A stretch of 64,000 nt of DNA from Candidatus Dormiibacterota bacterium (lineage in GTDB: Bacteria > Chloroflexota > Dormibacteria > Aeolococcales > Aeolococcaceae), in contig CAVPXI010000014.1 in the NCBI GenBank assembly GCA_963709585.1, positions 96,001-160,000 of the forward strand, read 5' to 3'. Shown one piece after another: positions 18,670 to 30,205 of this stretch; the first letter of the stretch is position 1; every line of letters starts with the position of its first letter. The notes beneath the pieces were generated by a model that was not told the DNA's origin, did no database searches, and worked only from the letters and a program-made list of their open reading frames with translations. The translations under genes were made by a program, and so were the position numbers.

Positions 18670-20982
18670 GTGATCCTCCGTCGCCGCCGTCCGATGGCAA
18701 CATTCTTCACCGTCCTCGGACTCGCCGTCAGCGTTGCGGCGGTCGGCCTGGTCGGATCGACCGTTCCCGCGTTCGCCACGACCACCCATCCCGGGCCTCT
18801 GAATCTTGATCCTTATCTGACGATTCAGGACAAGAACCTCGACTGTGAAGCCGCCGCGCTTGCAGCCGCATTCATCGCACGAGACATATCAGTCGATACC
18901 GGAGTGGCGAATCTCCAGAACTGGATCTTCGATCAACTTCCCGACGATCGCCGAAACGCCATCAGCAGCGGAGGTCACATCACCTGGGGCGACCCGTACA
19001 CCGACTTTGTCGGCAACGTCAATGGTGTTGAAGGCTTCGGACCCGGCGACGGGTATGGCGTCTACTACCAGCCTATTGCCAATGTTGTCACCAAGGTCGG
19101 CCATACGGTGACCGCATCAACGGGATGGACCACCTCGTCCATCGAAGCGGAGATCGAGTTGGGGAATCCAGTCGTCGTCTGGATCGATTTTCGCAGCCTC
19201 TTCAGTCATGCAGGCTATGCAACCAGCACGTGGACGGCGTTTGACGGACGCAAGATCCCATACACCCTCCACGAACATGCGGTCACCGTGCTCGGCACGT
19301 ATCCGGGACATTCGGTGACGCTCCTCGATGTCTACTCGGGCAAGCAGTACACCTACTCGGAGTTGCAATTCACCTCGATGCTCTCGACGTTCGGCGGGAT
19401 GGGCGTCGCCGTCGGCCCCCCCGTGGTGGTCCCGCCGCCATATCCGGTGGTGGCGTCGCTGGCGCCGGCTGCGGGACCGGTGACCGGAGGCCAGGCGGTG
19501 ACTGTCAGCGGCACCGGGTTCGCCGCCGGGATGACCGTCACCCTGGACGGCACAGCAGTCACCGCGACCGGCATCACGAGCACCTCATTCGATCTCAGGA
19601 CGCCCGCTCACGCGGCCGGGTACGCCCAGCTGAAGGTCACGACGTCAAAGGGATCGAATCCGCTCACCGCCAATGCGGGATATGTCTTTACGGCACTGGC
19701 GAACTATGTCGCGCTCACGCCGTTTCGCATTCTCGACACCCGCGCACGGACGTGCGTGCAATGTGGCCCCGGCGGACTCGCCGCGAATCAGACCAGGACC
19801 GTGCAGATCACCGGCGTGACCGGGCCGAGCGGTGGCGCCGATCAAATTCCCGCCACGGCCACGGCGATCGTCATGAACGTGACCGCGGTGGCCAGCACCA
19901 CCGGCGGCTTGTTGACCATCTACCCCACCGGTACCGCGCTTCCTCGAGCATCGAACTTGAATTTCGGTGCAGGCACCGCAACGCCAAACCTGGTCACCGT
20001 GACCCTGGGGCAAACCAGCGTCTCCGCTGTCGAGCGTGACGTCAACATCTACAACCCGATCGGATCTCTCAATGTGGTCGCTGATGTCGAAGGGTACTTT
20101 CTTCCGGCTGCAAGCAGCGACCCCACCGGCGAGTTCCACTCCATCTCTCCGCTGCGCGTCTGTGATACCAGACCGACGCAAGCCGCCAACGCGTGCAACC
20201 AGCATGCAGGCACCGACCATCGCTTGGGGCCGAACTCGGTCGCCAAGATCAACGTCTCCGGCGTTCCGAGCGGGGTCGCCGGCACGCCGTCGAGCATCCC
20301 GAGTGACGGGACAGCCCAGGCCGCCGTCTTCAACCTCACTGCGATCGGTGGCACCGTGCCGACATACCTCAGCGTGTTCCCCTCACTCGCCGACGGTTCG
20401 TGTCGGGCCTCATCAAGCACCTCGACCCTCAACGTCGCTGGGGGTGCGACGCGGGCGAATCGTGTCATGGTGAGTTTGGGGCCCGATGCAACTGGCGGCC
20501 CTGCAACCGATGTCTGCGTCTACAATGCGGTCGGTTCCATCGACTTCGTCCTCGATGCGAACGGTTGGTTCGGATCGAGCCTGCCCTCGACGCCCCTCGG
20601 CGCTCAGTTCCAGGCGATCGGTCCAACGCGGGTCTGTGACACGCGAGCCGGCTCCGGTACACCGTGCTCGGGCCACGCTCTTGGCACAGGTGGAACCCTC
20701 CCCATCGGCGTGGCCGGTGTCGCGGGCATTCCCAAGCACGGTCCGGTCGCAGTGATTGCCAATCTCACGGCGGTGTCCCCTTCCACCACCACGTACCTCA
20801 TCGCTTATCCGGCGGACGTCACTCCTCGTCCCAACGCGTCTGACCTCAACATCGTGGGCCCGGTGCTTCCGAACCTCGTGGTGGTCGGTCTCTCGCAACT
20901 CGCTCCAGCAGGGAGCATTCGTCTGTTCAACGCCAGCGGGAACGTGAACGCTGTGCTGGACGTCGAGGGCTGGTTCCAGTAG
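18670..20982 (+). CDS. Secreted C39-like cysteine peptidase with IPT/TIG domain and three surface beta-sandwich modules
   Basis: Signal peptide; Q..LDCEAAAL, GNPVVVW, EHAVTV, LLD (C39-like triad); GPVTGGQAVTVSGTGF (IPT); three PxRxxDTR...NxTAV...DVEGxF modules. Confidence 0.8.
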   Translation: MILRRRRPMATFFTVLGLAVSVAAVGLVGSTVPAFATTTHPGPLNLDPYLTIQDKNLDCEAAALAAAFIARDISVDTGVANLQNWIFDQLPDDRRNAISSGGHITWGDPYTDFVGNVNGVEGFGPGDGYGVYYQPIANVVTKVGHTVTASTGWTTSSIEAEIELGNPVVVWIDFRSLFSHAGYATSTWTAFDGRKIPYTLHEHAVTVLGTYPGHSVTLLDVYSGKQYTYSELQFTSMLSTFGGMGVAVGPPVVVPPPYPVVASLAPAAGPVTGGQAVTVSGTGFAAGMTVTLDGTAVTATGITSTSFDLRTPAHAAGYAQLKVTTSKGSNPLTANAGYVFTALANYVALTPFRILDTRARTCVQCGPGGLAANQTRTVQITGVTGPSGGADQIPATATAIVMNVTAVASTTGGLLTIYPTGTALPRASNLNFGAGTATPNLVTVTLGQTSVSAVERDVNIYNPIGSLNVVADVEGYFLPAASSDPTGEFHSISPLRVCDTRPTQAANACNQHAGTDHRLGPNSVAKINVSGVPSGVAGTPSSIPSDGTAQAAVFNLTAIGGTVPTYLSVFPSLADGSCRASSSTSTLNVAGGATRANRVMVSLGPDATGGPATDVCVYNAVGSIDFVLDANGWFGSSLPSTPLGAQFQAIGPTRVCDTRAGSGTPCSGHALGTGGTLPIGVAGVAGIPKHGPVAVIANLTAVSPSTTTYLIAYPADVTPRPNASDLNIVGPVLPNLVVVGLSQLAPAGSIRLFNASGNVNAVLDVEGWFQ

Positions 20983-21042
20983 CCGAAGGGCTCGTGATCG
21001 GTACGCCGGTGCTAGGGTGGAAGTGCAAAGGAGGTAACCGCA

Positions 21043-21624
21043 ATGGCGAGACGATTCCTTGCTGGGGTCCTACTGGTCGCGGGAGGGGCCTCGATCACCG
21101 TCGGCGTTTCCCTGAACTGGGCAACGCTCCCAGGTTCCGGACAGGGTCTGAACGGCTTCACGATGGGCAGCACCAACATCGACGCGGTGGTGACCTACGC
21201 GGTGGGCGGTGTGCTCATGCTGTTCGGGCTGGTCATCGTGCTCAGGGGAGGCACCATCTCTCGCGCGCTGGGCTTCTTCGCGTCGATTCTCGCGATCGTC
21301 TGGGCGGCGGAGATCGGCTTCCTGCTGAGCAACTTCAAGCACGACATCGACCACCTGGTTCCGGCCGTGTCGCTGGCACGGGACCTGCAGGTCGGGTACT
21401 TCCTGATCGCCGGAGGAGCGCTCGTTGCGTTCCTCGGCGGACTGATCGGTGTCAGCATCCGGCGAAAGGTGAAGGCACCAGCGGTGCGACGCGAGCCGGC
21501 CCTACAGGTTGTCGGCGCGGCTGCAGTACCGCGTGCTGGAACTGCCCTCGGGGATCGATCGGCCGCGCCGACGGTCGATTCGCGCACACCCGCGGAGATG
21601 GGGATGGGCTCGCGTCGCCAGTGA
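21043..21624 (+). CDS. Hypothetical four-TM membrane protein
   Basis: RBS AAGGAGGT; four hydrophobic segments; codon usage typical of the window. Confidence 0.7.
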   Translation: MARRFLAGVLLVAGGASITVGVSLNWATLPGSGQGLNGFTMGSTNIDAVVTYAVGGVLMLFGLVIVLRGGTISRALGFFASILAIVWAAEIGFLLSNFKHDIDHLVPAVSLARDLQVGYFLIAGGALVAFLGGLIGVSIRRKVKAPAVRREPALQVVGAAAVPRAGTALGDRSAAPTVDSRTPAEMGMGSRRQ

Positions 21625-21680
21625 CCGTCCTCCGAGCGTCGGATACCGCACCGGTTCCGACGCTCTGGAGGTGGGCAGCC

Positions 21681-24600
21681 TTAGGTGATATGGACGGTGA
21701 CGGCCGTCGATGTCGTCGAATTGCCGGCATTGTCCGTGGCCACGGCGGTCAAGGAGTAGGTTCCCCTCACCAGCTTGGTGGTGTTCCAGGCGAAGGTATA
21801 TGGGCTGGTCTTGACCGTGGCCAGTACTGTGGTCCCGTTGAGATAGAACGTCACAGTCGCAATACCCGAGGCCGCGCCCGTGCCGGTGCCCACATCGGAC
21901 GCGCTGGCCGTGACCGTCACCTTCGTGCCCAAGGCAAAGCTCGATCCCGATGCGGGCGATGTGACCGAAACCACCGGAGGTGCGGCGTCGATCTTGATTG
22001 ACTGGGACTTGACGGCTCCCTTGTTCCCGGCCACGTCCACCGAGAAGAACTTGATCGTGGCTGTTGCCGACACGGTGAAGGGCCCGGTGTAGACCGGGCT
22101 CGAGGTCGTCGGCGTCGAGCCGTCATTGGTGTAGTAGGTGGCGGCAACACCCGAGCCACCGGTGTTGTCCGTGGCCACCAGGGCGACGGTCACCGGAGTT
22201 GTCTTGTACCAGCCTGTGGAGCACGTGGTGCTGTTGCAGGTGATGGTCGTCGTCGGTGCAACCGTGTCGATCTGGATGGCCTGGGACTTGACGGCCTCGG
22301 CATTGCCGGCGTTGTCCACCGAGAAGAACTTGACGGTGGTCGTGGCCGACACGTTGAACGGCCCGCTGTAGACCGGGCTCGAGGTCGTCGGCGTTGAGCC
22401 GTTGGTGGTGTAGTAGGTGGCCTTGACACCGGAGCCACCCGAGTTGTCCGTGGCCGCCAGGGCGACGCGCACCGGAGTTGTCTTGTACCAGCCTGTGGAG
22501 CACGTGGTGCTGTTGCAGGTGATGGTCGTCGTCGGTGCGACCGTGTCGATCCCGATGGCCTGGGACTTGACGGCCTCGGCATTGCCGGCGTTGTCCACCG
22601 AGAAGAACTTCACGGTGGTCGTCGCCGACACGGTGAACGGCGCGCTGTAGACCGGGCTCGAGCTGGTTGGCGTCGAGCCATTGGTGGTGTAGTAGGTGGC
22701 CTTGACACCGGAGCCACCCGTGTTGTCCGTGGCCGCCAGGGCGACGGTCACCGGTGTGGTGTTGTACCAGGCCGTGCACGCGGCGCTGTTGCAGGTGATC
22801 GTGGTCGTCGGTGCGACCGTGTCGATCTCGATGGTCTGGGCCTTGACGGACTCGGCATTGCCCGGCCTTGTCCACCGAGAAGAACTTGACGGTGGTCGTG
22901 GCCGACACGTTGAACGGCCCGCTGTAGACCGGGCTCGAGGTCGTCGGCGTTGTGTTGTCAATCGTGTAATAGATGGCCGCGACACCCGACCCACCGGTAT
23001 TGTCCGTTGCCGTCAGGGCGACGCTCACCGGCGTTTTGTTGTACCCGCCCGAGGAGCACGCCGTGCCGTTGCAGGTGATCGTCGTCGTCGGTGCGCTGGC
23101 ATCGATCTCGATGGTCTGGGACTTGACTGCCTCGGCATTGCCGGCGTTGTCGACGGAGAAAAACTTGACGGTGGTCGTGGCCGACACCATGAAGGACGCG
23201 GTGTAGGCCGGACTCGAGGTCGTCGGCGTCGAGCCGTCAATCGTGTAGTAGGTGGCCGCGACACCCGAGCCGCCGGTGTTGTCCGTGGCCGTCAGGGCGA
23301 CGGTCACCGGAGACGTGGTGTACCAGCTCGTCGAGCACGCCGCGCTGTTGCAGGCGATGGTCGTCGTCGGCGGGGTGGTGTCGGGAAGCTGGACCTGGAT
23401 CGATTGGGTGTTGACGGTCTCGGCATTGCCGGCGTTGTCCACCGAGAAGAACTTCACGGTCGTGGTCGCCGACACGTTGAAGGGCGCGGCGTAGACGGTG
23501 CTCGAGGTGGTCGGAGTCGAGCCGTCGGTGGTGTAGTAGGTCGCGGCGACCCCGGAACCGCCGGTGTTGTCCGTGGCCGTCAAGCCGACGGTGACCGCGG
23601 AGGTGTACGCGCTCGTCGAGCACACCGTGCCGTTGCAGGCAATGGTGGTCGACGGCGCGACGGTGTCAATCTGGATCGTCTGCGAGTTGACCGCCTCGGC
23701 ATTGCCGGCGTTGTCGACGGAGAAGAACTTGACGGTGGCCGTCGCCGAAACTGTGAAGGGCCCGGTGTAGACCGAGCTCGAGGTCGTCGGTGTCGAACCG
23801 TCAGTGGTGTAGTAGGTGGCGAAGACACCGGAGCCGCCGCTGTTGTCCGTGGCGGCCAAGGTGACCGTCACCGGCGAGGTCTTGTACCAACCCGTGGAGC
23901 ACGTCGCGCTGTTGCAGGTGAGGCTGGTCGTCGGCGGGGTGGTGTCCACCGTGATCTGGATCGCCTGAGTTTTGACGGCCTCGGCGTTGCCGGCCAAGTC
24001 GATCGAATAGAACTTCACCGACTTGCTCTGAGACAACGTGAACGGCGCCGCGTAGGCGGTGGCCGTGCCGCTGGTCGTGGGGTCGCTCCCGTCGGTGGTG
24101 TAGTAGGTCGCACGGATTCCGGAGCCACCGGCATTGTCGATCGCGGACAGACCCACCTGCACGGGAAGCGCGTAGCTCGCCTGACAGGTCGTGCTGTTGC
24201 AGCTGACGCTGGTGGTCGGCGGGACCGTGTCGATCTGGATCGCCTGCGACTTGACCGCTTCCGTGTTGCCGACCTTGTCGGTGGAGAAGAACTTCACCGT
24301 GGCCGTACTCGAGACGGTGAACGGTGCGGTGTAGACAGCGCTCGCGGTGGTCGGTGTCGAACCGTCGGTCGTGTAGTAGGTCGCCGCGACCCCGGAGCCG
24401 CCGATGTTGTCGGTGGCTGTCAGCGCGACCTGCACCGCGGTGTTGTACCAGCCCGTGCCGCAGACGAGGCCGTTGCACGTGGCGGTGGTCGTCGGCGGCG
24501 TGATGTCCGGCCCGGGCGGCGCCGTGTGGCAGTTGCCGGTGCCCGAGTTCGTGAAGGTGCTCTCCCCGTTGTTGATGAAGTTCCAGCTGTAGCTGCCGTT

Positions 24601-27600
24601 GTGCAGGGTCATCTTGATGATCCCGTGCGTCGTGGCGTTCAGCACCTGGCTGTTGGGGGCTGGGCTCGCCGGCGTGTCCAGGCCGTTACCCCCGGTCCCC
24701 ACCACGAATTCCTGCACGCCATAGGTCGGGTCCAGGACCCCGCTCGCGTTCTGTGGAGCGAACCGCTCGTACCAGTGCGAACCGGCGCTGAGGACGACGT
24801 CGACGCCACCGGTGTAGAGGTCTTGCCAGATCTGCTGGTAGGTGCTGTCGCCTCCTCCGGCCGTGGAGCTGAACCGTGGGTCCTTGTAGTAGGCGAGGGT
24901 GCAGACGGAGGTGTCATGGGCCAGGTCGTTCTGAAGCCACAGGTCCTCAGCGCCTCCGGCCGCGCAGAAGGTGGCGTCTGTCTGGCACGGCGCGGTGTTC
25001 AGGGCGATCATGTGCCACGAGCCGAGGTTGTAGCTGTAGTAGCCCTTTGTAGGGTCACCGGCTGCGGCTCCGAAATACTGGTAGTAGCCTGCACCGGCTG
25101 TCGTCGGACAATCGGTGCCCCCGGTCGTGGGCAGCTCGTAGCCATAGTCGTTGTCGCCCGGGACCGGGTGTGTGATCGCCAGCTTCTGTCCCCAGCTCAA
25201 GGCGTAGGACTGCAAAAAGGCCTGGTATCCACCGCAGTTGTACTGGGTGTCGCCGATGGGCAGGACCGCATCGACGCCCGTGAGCAGCTTCTCCGTGGAG
25301 GCGGCAACGCAGTCGGGGCTTACGCCGAACCCGTTGTTGAAGGCAGGGGAGTTGGGATCGCACGCGATGTCACCCGCGGCTCCGATGATCGGGTCCGGGT
25401 TGGGCGTCACCTGGATCTGCTGCGTCTCTACCGCCTCGGTGTTGCCGGCGTTGTCAACCGAGAAGAACTCCACGGTGGTGTTTTGCGCGATCGTCCACGG
25501 GCCGGTGTACTGGGGGCTCGACGTGGTTGGGGTGGTGCCGTCGGTGGTGTAGTACGTTGCCTTCACCCCGGCGCCGCCGGCGTCCGTCGGCGACAGCGCG
25601 AGCGTCGTGGAGCCGTTGTAGGTGCTGGCCTGACACGGCGCGCCATCACAGGAGATTGTGGTGACCGGCGGGGTGGTGTCGGGTGGGAAGAGCAGCTGAC
25701 GTATGGTCTCGGTCGTGGTCCCGACCGGAGCGCCGCCTGGCTGGCCGGCGTTCTGCAGCCAGGTGACGAAGGCGCTGATTGTGTCGAGCTCGACAGCCCC
25801 TCCGGTGGCCACGCAGGCGCTGTAGCCTGCCGGGTCGTAGGTCTGCGAGCAGATGTCATGGATCACCACGGGGACCCAGCCACCGCCGTTCTGGTAGGCG
25901 GCCGTCACCGAGTTCTCGAAGTACGAGAGAGGGATCTCGTTGGTGCCGTTGCCGTTGTAGATGGTACGGGTCGCCAGCATGTTCTTGGGCGGGATGGTCT
26001 CGGAGTAGAGCGGTCCGGCGCCGACACCGGCCACGTCGATGCCACCCGCGGCTCGAGCGGTCGTGTATCCGCACCCCTGCACGATCAACTCGGCATTGGC
26101 GTTATAGGCGCCGTAGCCATACGCGAAGCCGACCGGGTCGAACCCGTGGGCGATGAGGTTCTCTCGATCGATGCAGGTGTTGTCGATCTTCTGCTGCTGG
26201 GTCGTCGCGGAGCTGGTGAGATCCATCTCCTGAAGACCGTGCCCGGCGATCTCGTCGCTGTGGTTGTAGAGAGTGGTCATCTCCGCGTAGGTCATCTCGT
26301 TGGGGTCCACGCCGACCTGGCCCGTGTTGACATAGAAGGTGGCGCGGACATTTCCGTCGGGCAGGAGCACATGTTCAAAAGCGAGGGAGTACCCGGCCTC
26401 ATAGCCGTCGTCGAAGGTGATCGTGACGATGGTCGCGAAGTTGATGGTCTGCGACTGCGGCTGCTCGGCATTGCCGGCAAGGTCGGTCGAGAAGTAGCGG
26501 ATCGTCGCATTCTGCTGGGCGGTGAAGGGACCCGTGTAGACCGTGCTCGAGGTGGTGGGCGTTGACCCGTCGATGGTGTAGTAGGTGTTGGCCACGCCCC
26601 AGCCACCGTTCGGGTTGTCCGTCGCGGTGAGGGTGACGGTCACCGGCGCTGTGTAGGGAGTGGTGGCGCACGGCGCGCCGTTGCAGCTGATGCTGGTCAC
26701 CGGTGGCGTGGAATCGGGCTGTTCCACGAGAGAGATGGACACCGAGCCGACCCCTGTGGCGTTGCCGGCGTAGTCCCAGGATTCGTAGGTGACCGTGGTC
26801 GAGGCGGTGAGTGGGAAGGTCCCGGTGTAGAGAGTGCCGCTGGTCGGCGATGGCGTGCTGCCGTCGGTGGTGTAGCGGGTGCTGGCCACCCCCGAGCCGA
26901 CATCGGTCGGCTGCAGGGTCACGTAGACGGTGCCCTGATAGGTGGTCGACAGGCACGAGGCTCCGTTGCAGGAGACGCTGCTGACCGGCGGCACCGTGTC
27001 AACCGTGGTGGCGGTGGGATGGATGGGCTCGAACACCGACCCGGCCGGGGCGCCGCCGCTCTGACCGGTGTTCTGCACCCAGGTGAGGAAGGTGTTGAGG
27101 TCACCGAGGTCGATCCAGCCCGCCACCGAGGTGCAGGTCGCGTAGTTGCTGGGGTCGAGGGTGGATGAGCAGACCCGCTGGATGACGATGGGGACCCAGC
27201 CTCCGCCGTGGGCGGCCGCCCCGGTCACCAACGCCTCCAGGTTGGCCAGGGTGACCTGCCCGGTGGGGGCGTAAGCGCGCAGCCCCAGCCAGTCCTTGGG
27301 CGGTAGGGTCTCCGCGTAGGTGGGTCCGGTGGGCGACAAGCTGCCGGCGGTGCGCGCATTGCCGTAGCCGCAGCTCTCGACCTCCTGCTCGAGACTGGCG
27401 TTGAAGAATCCTCCCGGGTAGGCGAAGGTGGTCGGGGTGATGCCGTGCTGGAGGATGGTCTGCCGGTCGTTGCAGATCTCGCCGATCTGCTGCGCGGCGC
27501 TCAGTGTGGTGAGATTCGTGTCGTCGACGGTCTTGCCGCCGATGTCGTTCCCGGCCGCAGCCAAGGCGCTCAGCTGCGCCCAGGAGAGGGTGGTCGCGCG

Positions 27601-29181
27601 GCCGATGGTGCCGCTGTTGACGTAGAAGGTCGCGGTCACGCCATGGGGCTGCAGAGCCTGCTGCCAGCCCAGGGTGTACTGACTGTAGCCGCCATTGTCA
27701 AAGGTGAGCGACACCGCCGTCTTGTACGGCTGCACCTGGACCTGCTGCGACTCCACCTGCTCGGTGTTGCCCGCGAGGTCGGTTGAGAAGAATTGGACGT
27801 TCGTCGAGGCGTTCAGCGCGAACGGCCCGGAGTACACCGGGCTCGATGTGGTCGGCGTCGAGCCGTCGGTGGTGTAGTAGGTATGAGCTACCCCCCAGCC
27901 GCCGGCATTGTCGGTGGCGTTGAGGGTCACGCTGACGGTTCCAATGTATGGAGTCGACAAGCAGGGCGCGTTGTTGCAGGCGATGGTCGTCGTCGGTGGC
28001 GTGGTGTCGGGTGGCGGCTGGATCGAGAGTGCCTGCGTGTTCACCGCCTCGGCATTGCCAGCGTTGTCCCACGAGCTGTATTCGACGGTCGTCGAGGCGG
28101 TCAGCGGGAACGGGCCGGTGTACGCGGGGCTGGTCAGCGTGGGCGTGCTGCCGTCGGTGGTGTATCGGGTCGTGGCCACGCCGGAGCCGAGGTCGGTCGC
28201 CGCGAGCGCCACCGAGACGGTTCCGCTGTACGTGCTGGACTGACACGGCGCTCCGTTGCACGAAATCAACGTCGTCGGCGCCACCGTGTCGGCTGAGGTT
28301 GCCGCAGCCCCGATGGTCTTGAAGACCGTGCCTGCGGGTGCGCCACCCGTCTGCCCGGCATTCTGCACCCAGGTCAAGAAGGTGTTGAGGTCTGCGAGGT
28401 CGATCGCCCCGGCAGACGCCAGGCATGTGCTCTCGTTGGGGTCAGTGGGAGAGCAAACCTTCTGGATCACGATCGGTACCAAGCCCCCGGTGGTCGCCGC
28501 GCCGTTCACCAGGTTCTCGAGGTTGGTCAGGGTGACCTGCACGGAGGCGGACCACGCGCGCATCGCCAGCCAATTCTTAGGCGGCGTTGTCTCCGCGTAA
28601 GTCGGCCCAGTGGGAGAGAGGCTTCCTGATGTGCGGGCGTTGCCGTAACCGCAGTTCTGAACCTCACTCTCGATCGTGGTGTTGAAGGCACCGGCCGGGT
28701 AGGCGAAGGTAAACGGCACGATGCCGTGCGACATGATGTTCAGGCGATCGCCGCAAATCTCGTTGATCTGCTGCGTGGAGGTGAGCGTGGTCAGGTTGGT
28801 GCCGTCGGTGGTCTTGCCGCCGATCTCATCGCCCGCGCCGGCGAGCGTGCCCAGCTGCGTCCACGAGATTTTAGTGGTGCTTGTTCCGGTCGCGACTGTC
28901 CCGCTGTTCACGTAAAAGGTCGCGGGAACGGCGTGCGGCTGCAGGGCCTGCTGGTAGCCGAGCGTGAACTCGCTGGCTGTGTTGTTGTCGAAGTTGAGCG
29001 AGACGATCGTCGAGGTAGCCGCACGTGCGCTGAGGACGCCCGGCCCGAACATCACGGGCGCCACCGCCACCATCGCGATCGCGAGGGCGAGGCAGACACC
29101 CGGGCGCCTCATCGAGCGGAGGTGCCCCGATTCCGTTGCGTCGTATCGCCGTTGAGTTTTTCCGCCTTCCACCTTGCTCAC
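21681..29181 (-). CDS. Giant (~2500 aa) secreted multidomain protein: 3 NodB/polysaccharide deacetylase domains, 1 metallophosphoesterase-like domain, 14 chitobiase/Fn3-associated repeats, C-terminal bacterial Ig domain; one frameshift at ~22861
   Basis: ORFs 22123..29181 and 21681..22994 join if one C is removed (GCATTGCCCGGC versus GCATTGCCGGC in sister repeats). Signal peptide; xFDxx motifs; repeated YYTTDGSTPT...FFSVDNAGN; GTYSLTAVATDNAGN at the end. Confidence 0.88.
22010..24500 (-). repeat. Tandem array of nine ~279-288-bp coding repeats (chitobiase/Fn3-associated)
   Basis: Recurrent GAGAAGAACTT / GTAGTAGGTGGC blocks at ~280-bp period; the last units are nearly identical at DNA level (22191-22330 versus 22470-22610). 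Confidence 0.9.
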
Positions 29182-29260
29182 CCCTTCTTGTCAACCCGGT
29201 GCACCGCTGCCTTCAGCAATGCTGTTATTCGGTCTATCGGCGTCATCGCATGTGTATTGC

Positions 29261-30205
29261 TCACTGTGTCATCGCCTGGCGTACGGTCTCGACGACCGTT
29301 CCCGCGGGCGCGCCACCCGGATGTCCGGCGGCCGCAAGCCAGTCAAGGAACTGGCCCATCAGCCGGTCGTCGATCGCACTCCAGCTCGACATGCAGGTCT
29401 TGTAGTCGGCCGCGGCGTGGTCGCAGACCTGGTGGAAGGTGAGCGGCAGCCAGCCGCCGCCGTGCGCCGCCGCCGCGTTGACGAAGGTCTCCAGGTCAGC
29501 GAGGTTTTTCGCCTTCGGTGCGTCGACATCGACGGTACGCAAGGCGTACGGGTCCTTCGGCGGCAGCGTATCCGCCCAGGGGAAGCTCGGGACCGTGGTT
29601 AACAGAGATGCGTCCCCACCTTCTCTGGAGTTCAAGTATCCGCACGACCCGACGATGGCCTCGGCGGCGGTGTTGAATGCGCCGAACGGATACGCATACG
29701 AGACCGGGTCCACGATCCCGTGGGCGAGCAGGTCCGTGCGCGACCCGCACACGTCTGCCAGCTTGTCGGTGTAGGAAACTGCCGGATCGGTAAGCCTGAC
29801 GTGACTCACACCATGCCCACCGATGTCGTCGCCCTCGCTCTGCAGCGTGCGCAGCTGTGCAAACGACATGCAGCAGCGGAAGGGTCCGTCACTGTCCGAC
29901 GTGATCACGTAGTACGTCGCATTCATGTGACGCGCGCGAAGCAGCGGTCGCAGGTAAAGGTACTGGTCCAGGTAGCCATCGTCGAAGGTGAGCGATATCA
30001 CCAACTTTGGGGGGCGCAGATGGACCACCGTGGTGTTCGCCTGCGCGGAGGCGCAAGCGCTGACCCCCCACGCAGTCGCTATCGACACTGCCCCGAGGGC
30101 AGCGACTCTCAGAAAACGCCGCGGTTGCTGACTCGAGCGCACGCGGCGCTGCACCTGCTCGAGCGGACTGCGTCGTGGCGGGATGCCTCGGTGCACGTCG
30201 CTCAT
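29261..30205 (-). CDS. Polysaccharide deacetylase (CE4/NodB), probably a lipoprotein with an intact active site
   Basis: TFDDG, GGHGVSH, YAYPFG, PLTFHQ; N-terminal VSAC lipobox-like sequence. Confidence 0.88.
   Translation of the reverse strand: MSDVHRGIPPRRSPLEQVQRRVRSSQQPRRFLRVAALGAVSIATAWGVSACASAQANTTVVHLRPPKLVISLTFDDGYLDQYLYLRPLLRARHMNATYYVITSDSDGPFRCCMSFAQLRTLQSEGDDIGGHGVSHVRLTDPAVSYTDKLADVCGSRTDLLAHGIVDPVSYAYPFGAFNTAAEAIVGSCGYLNSREGGDASLLTTVPSFPWADTLPPKDPYALRTVDVDAPKAKNLADLETFVNAAAAHGGGWLPLTFHQVCDHAAADYKTCMSSWSAIDDRLMGQFLDWLAAAGHPGGAPAGTVVETVRQAMTQ

Noticed and set aside
22696-26565. 1289-aa plus-strand ORF
   Set aside because: Antisense shadow of the giant repeat protein; Arg/Gly-rich with no motifs, as expected in high-GC DNA.
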